Shown here: one piece after another, positions 59,835-64,000 of the stretch
Layout of the letters: each line of letters starts with the position of its first letter
How positions within the stretch are numbered: position 1 is the stretch's first letter
Source of the DNA: Ignavibacteria bacterium
Lineage (GTDB): Bacteria; Bacteroidota; Ignavibacteria; Kapaibacteriales; Kapaibacteriaceae
Direction of reading: 5' to 3'
DNA length: 64,000 bases
NCBI GenBank assembly: GCA_947495975.1
Contig: CANMBE010000002.1
Coordinates: 14,433-78,432, forward strand
The notes under the pieces: model-generated
Seen by the model: the letters and a program-made list of their open reading frames with translations, nothing else
What the model was told of the DNA's origin: nothing
Database searches by the model: none
Program-made: the position numbers and the translations under genes

Positions 59835-62351
59835 ATGCCCATTCACGTTGCTCTCCCCCTGCCCCGCATTGAGCCCCTTACATACGAGGTGCCAGAAGGC
59901 ATTAACGTAAGGTGCGGCTGCCGCGTTCTGGTTCCATTGGGTACGCGCGTCCTTACGGGTACAGTGGTAGCATTGGATCAGCCTCCTGTAGAAAAGATGC
60001 GTCCAATTCTTGAGGTGCTCGATGAGGAGCCGTCCTTTAGCGAGCAGATGCTGGAGCTTGCGAAGCGCATCAGTGAGTATTACGTTACATCATGGGGCGA
60101 GGTACTTCACGCCGCACTGCCAACGGGTCTGACACCAACAACAGTAGTGCGTGTTACAGTGATGAGCCCAGTAACCGAACAAGATCTACATGGTATGGAG
60201 CGCAATGCTCCAAAGCGCGCGCGCCTGCTGCGTGAGCTTCAGGGTCACACTGGTGAGATTTCTGTCTCCTACCTCCAGCGAAAACTTAAGGCCTCAGCCA
60301 TTGCAGATCAGCTTGACGCGCTACAACGTATGGGGTGGATCCATATCGAAACGTCAATTGAGACACAGCGAGCTCCCCGCCTTGTTCGCGCAGTAAAGAT
60401 CGCTGATTCACTTTTGAGTGATGAAGGGGCTCTGCACAACGCATTTGATTTGTTGGATGCAAAGGCACCCAAACAATCATTAGCCTTGGGACATATATAC
60501 CTCACAAGTCAGCGAGACGGAAAGGCCGTTCCGATTTCGCGTATGGCGGATGAATTGCATGTGTCGGCATCTGTTGTTGACAGTCTAGAACGCAGAGGCT
60601 TTGTTGAGATCACGAGCGTTATACGCAGCTCGCGCGATGAAAAACTTGGCAGTTTGGTTTCGCGTGATGAATCAGCAATTGAACTTACCGTAGAGCAACA
60701 ACATGCTGTTGATTCAATCAATGCACTTTGTGATGCGCATCAACGACGTTCCGTGGTTCTTCACGGCGTAACAGGCAGCGGTAAAACGGTAGTCTATCAA
60801 AGATCTATTTCGCACGTACTTGAGCAGGGTGGTCAGGTACTTTTGCTCGTACCTGAGATATCACTCACTCCCCAACTAGCAGATAGATTTCGTGCTGTCT
60901 TTGGTGATCGTGTTGCAGTGATTCATTCAAAGCTTGCCATTAGCGAGCGAATTGGATTGTGGCAGCGCATTCGTAGTGGTGAATTCTCAATCGTCATAGG
61001 AGCTCGGTCTGCAGTCTTTGCTCCGCTTGAAAACGTGCGGTTAATCATTGTTGACGAGGAGCATGAACCATCATATAAGCAGGATGATCCTGCGCCACGG
61101 TATCATGGACGAGACGTTGCACTGATGCGCGGACAAATTCATCAGTGTCCGGTGGTTCTTGGAAGCGCTACACCGTCTTTAGAAAGTTTAGCAAATGTTG
61201 CCGCCGGACGCGCAATTCTTCTTCAGCTCACGCATCGCGCAGATGGAGCGCTGTTGCCTGCGGTGCGTGTAGTGGATTTGCGTGTAGAGCGAAAAGCGAA
61301 ACGTATGAAGGGTGCACTTTCGTTCCTGGCAATAGATGCTATTGCGCGTGTTATCGAGCGTAAGGAAGGCACCCTGGTTTTCCTCAATCGACGCGGTTAC
61401 GCCGTTAACCTGCAGTGCGAAGACTGCGGTGATGTGCCCATGTGTAAGAACTGCGACGTTGCTCTCACCTATCATAAAACGTCGCATGTTTTGCGCTGTC
61501 ACTATTGTGGGTATGCCGAAGCCATGCGCATGGCCTGTACTATGTGTGGTTCCGTCGATCTGAAAGAATCCGGATCAGGCACACAGCGTATTGAAGAAGA
61601 CCTCATTGCTGCCCTCACTGAGAGCATGGGCACTGCTCCTCGTGTTGAACGTATGGATGCCGACACTACTTCGCGAAAAGGTGAACACAGAGCAATGTTG
61701 GAACGATTTGCACGTGGCGATATTGATGTACTCGTTGGTACACAGATGATTGCAAAGGGGCTTGATATTGCCCGCGTCACACTTGTTGTTGTTGTAAATG
61801 CCGATATGTCCTTGCACCAAAACGACTTCAGAGCGTCTGAGCGCACCGTGCAGCTTCTCAACCAGGTTGCAGGTCGCGCAGGGCGCACGGGCGCACATCC
61901 TGGTGAAATGATTATTCAGACAAGCTCTCCAGATCACCCAGCAATTGTTGCCGCAATCAACGGAGAACGGTCACCGGACGTGCTACGCGCTTGGGAGGCA
62001 GATGAACTTAGACTCCGCCGAGAAGTAGACTATCCACCGTATACTCGTTTTGTTGTGATTGAGATATCCTCACTCGATGAAGCAGCGGTAGAAGATCATA
62101 GCAAAGTATTTGCTGCACTCATTCCGCAGCGAACGGATTATTTGGTGCGCCTTGATCCCGTTATGCCGTCTGTTGCCAGAATACGCAATGCATATCGCAG
62201 GGTGATTGTCATAAAGAATTTCAAAGACAAGGATCCATCAGGAACCTTGTTTCGATCATTGCTTCGAAATGCATTTTCAACGTACTACTCAACGTATGCA
62301 TCTAGTTCGGTGAAGGTTACGCTCGATATTGATGCACATGGAACAATCTAG
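59835..62351 (+). CDS. priA: Primosomal protein N'
   Basis: GVTGSGKT, VPEISLTPQ, DEEHE, GSATPS, four CxxC motifs, GTQMIAKGLD, QVAGRAGR. ATG at 59835 is preferred. Confidence 0.95.
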   Translation: MPIHVALPLPRIEPLTYEVPEGINVRCGCRVLVPLGTRVLTGTVVALDQPPVEKMRPILEVLDEEPSFSEQMLELAKRISEYYVTSWGEVLHAALPTGLTPTTVVRVTVMSPVTEQDLHGMERNAPKRARLLRELQGHTGEISVSYLQRKLKASAIADQLDALQRMGWIHIETSIETQRAPRLVRAVKIADSLLSDEGALHNAFDLLDAKAPKQSLALGHIYLTSQRDGKAVPISRMADELHVSASVVDSLERRGFVEITSVIRSSRDEKLGSLVSRDESAIELTVEQQHAVDSINALCDAHQRRSVVLHGVTGSGKTVVYQRSISHVLEQGGQVLLLVPEISLTPQLADRFRAVFGDRVAVIHSKLAISERIGLWQRIRSGEFSIVIGARSAVFAPLENVRLIIVDEEHEPSYKQDDPAPRYHGRDVALMRGQIHQCPVVLGSATPSLESLANVAAGRAILLQLTHRADGALLPAVRVVDLRVERKAKRMKGALSFLAIDAIARVIERKEGTLVFLNRRGYAVNLQCEDCGDVPMCKNCDVALTYHKTSHVLRCHYCGYAEAMRMACTMCGSVDLKESGSGTQRIEEDLIAALTESMGTAPRVERMDADTTSRKGEHRAMLERFARGDIDVLVGTQMIAKGLDIARVTLVVVVNADMSLHQNDFRASERTVQLLNQVAGRAGRTGAHPGEMIIQTSSPDHPAIVAAINGERSPDVLRAWEADELRLRREVDYPPYTRFVVIEISSLDEAAVEDHSKVFAALIPQRTDYLVRLDPVMPSVARIRNAYRRVIVIKNFKDKDPSGTLFRSLLRNAFSTYYSTYASSSVKVTLDIDAHGTI

Positions 62352-62363
62352 AAAGCCTATGAT

Positions 62364-63536
62364 ATGAAGACTATTCTCTTGTTAGGATCTGGCGAGCTCG
62401 GTAAAGAATTCGTCATCGCAGTAAAGAGATATGGTCACCGTGTTGTTGCCATTGATTCATACGCCAACGCACCTGCAATGCAGGTAGCAGATGACCACCG
62501 TGTTGTAAATATGTTGGATGGTGATGCTCTTGATGCTGTGGTTGCGGAAATCAGACCCGATATCATTGTACCTGAAATCGAAGCAATACGCACTGAGCGT
62601 CTGCTTGCATACGAGCAGGCAGGTATTCATGTGGTGCCGAGCGCGCGTGCAGCGAATATGACCATGAACAGAAAGGCAATTCGAGATTTAGCGTCGCAGG
62701 AACTACGTCTGCGCACCGCGCGATACATGTATGCCACAACCGAAGAGCAATTTGTTGTGGCCGTACAGAATATTGGAATTCCATGTGTTGTAAAGCCACT
62801 TATGTCATCGAGCGGTAAGGGGCAGAGCATTGTCCGCAACGCCTCTGAAGTTCAGTCATCGTGGGACTATGCAATGCAAGGTAGCCGGGGCGATCTTAAA
62901 GAAGTGATTGTTGAAGAGTTCATTCGTTTTGAAAGCGAGATCACGCTCCTTACCGTTACGCAAAAGAATGGACATACTTTGTTTTGTCCACCTATTGGTC
63001 ACAGGCAAGAACGTGGTGATTACCAAGAGTCGTGGATGCCACACGTTATGGACCCTGCATTACTTCTCAAGGCGCAGAATATGGCCGCAAAGGTTACTGC
63101 ATCATTAACGGGTTTCGGAATCTGGGGCGTAGAGTTCTTCCTTACGGCAGATGACGTCTATTTTTCCGAGCTTTCACCACGTCCGCATGACACCGGCATG
63201 GTAACGCTGGCAGGCACCAACAACCTCAACGAATTTGAACTACATGCTCGCGCCGTACTCGGCTATCCTATCCCTGAAATCACATTGGAGCGCGCTGGCG
63301 CATCCGTGGTGATTCTAGCCCAACACCAGAGCAGTGAGCCCCCTACCGTACAAGGCATAGAGACTGCATTGTCGATGCCCGAGATAGAAGTAAGAATCTT
63401 TGGCAAACCATCTACACGAGTTCATCGTCGCATGGGCGTGGTGCTTGCACACGGGGCTCCTGATGCTGACACTGATGCGCTGAGAGCGCATGCGAAGACA
63501 GCGGCCGAGTTTATAGCTTTTCAAGCGCCTCTTTAA
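62364..63536 (+). CDS. purT: Formate-dependent phosphoribosylglycinamide formyltransferase
   Basis: [49 protein letters not shown]. Confidence 0.96.
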   Translation: MKTILLLGSGELGKEFVIAVKRYGHRVVAIDSYANAPAMQVADDHRVVNMLDGDALDAVVAEIRPDIIVPEIEAIRTERLLAYEQAGIHVVPSARAANMTMNRKAIRDLASQELRLRTARYMYATTEEQFVVAVQNIGIPCVVKPLMSSSGKGQSIVRNASEVQSSWDYAMQGSRGDLKEVIVEEFIRFESEITLLTVTQKNGHTLFCPPIGHRQERGDYQESWMPHVMDPALLLKAQNMAAKVTASLTGFGIWGVEFFLTADDVYFSELSPRPHDTGMVTLAGTNNLNEFELHARAVLGYPIPEITLERAGASVVILAQHQSSEPPTVQGIETALSMPEIEVRIFGKPSTRVHRRMGVVLAHGAPDADTDALRAHAKTAAEFIAFQAPL

Positions 63537-63590
63537 GCGCCTTTACAAGGGTTTCTGAGAGTGCAGTTGTGCGCTGAGAATTCCCAGCCT

Positions 63591-63917
63591 TCAGAACCAA
63601 AATATCAAAGGCACGAATGCCCCGATATTCCCTTGAGGAAAAAACAGAGGACCGAGGCATAGACTATATCCGTTATTACAATCACCGCTATTAACGCAGC
63701 CGCCCACACCGTCAGTGTTACGATCGCATACGTCACTATTTGGCACCTTTCTTCCATAATCATCTGTGTACCAATAGCAACTGCAATACCCCGGACCTGG
63801 AACCGATGCACACGAGCCCAAGTTGCGTGCCCAAGCAAACGAAACGTTCGTGGACACGAGAGCAAGTACGATAGCCAATATCCATAGCGAGAGGAGATGT
63901 TTCATACGTTTAAACAT
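63591..63917 (-). CDS. Small secreted cysteine-rich protein of unknown function
   Basis: Signal peptide MKHLLSLWILAIVLALVSTNVSFA, 7 Cys in the mature region, hydrophobic C-terminus ..VPLIFWF. Start at 63917 or 63905. Confidence 0.7.
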   Translation of the reverse strand: MFKRMKHLLSLWILAIVLALVSTNVSFAWARNLGSCASVPGPGYCSCYWYTDDYGRKVPNSDVCDRNTDGVGGCVNSGDCNNGYSLCLGPLFFPQGNIGAFVPLIFWF

Positions 63918-64000
63918 GTGCGTTACTGAATGATGATACTCTTTGTGCAAATAACCTGTCCGCCCGAGTTTCCAACCACGATATAAAGTCCTTGTCCGAG

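Noticed and set aside
63523-63545. Short tandem duplication AAGCGCCT(C)TTTA at the purT stop
   Set aside because: Too short to call a target-site duplication, and no mobile element is adjacent.

Overview
This is a gene-dense chromosomal window, mostly housekeeping, from an FCB-group bacterium. I infer a Bacteroidota/Chlorobi-related lineage, most likely Candidatus Kapabacteria, from the T9SS-type C-terminal domains, the TAnnTTTG promoters and the gene content. It holds about 47 CDS, including pepA, rdgB, ygfZ, bioY, nadD, nuoF, valS, phoH, cdaA, pcm, miaA, dacB, nnr, phoD, lptB, an HtrA protease, priA and purT. There are also two TonB receptor/lipoprotein pairs, four probable T9SS cargos, tRNA-Ala(GGC) and tRNA-Asp(GTC), three clear intrinsic terminators, one REP-like palindrome, and two decayed gene fragments in the 0.7 kb gap at 40.25-40.94 kb. 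I saw no CRISPR array, integrase, transposase, phage gene or rRNA. The best leads are: (1) a two-gene unit encoding a coiled-coil lipoprotein and a coiled-coil LysM protein with matching cysteine spacing, possibly an Lpp-like envelope tether; (2) a recurrent exact TAnnTTTG-N4-ATG layout that implies leaderless mRNAs; (3) a small secreted Cys-rich protein ending in a beta-signal-like tail; (4) an RdgB-CMD fusion; (5) a SigH/SigR-like sigma factor with a Cys-less anti-sigma and a coupled TlpA. All calls come from motif reading by eye; no database searches were run.
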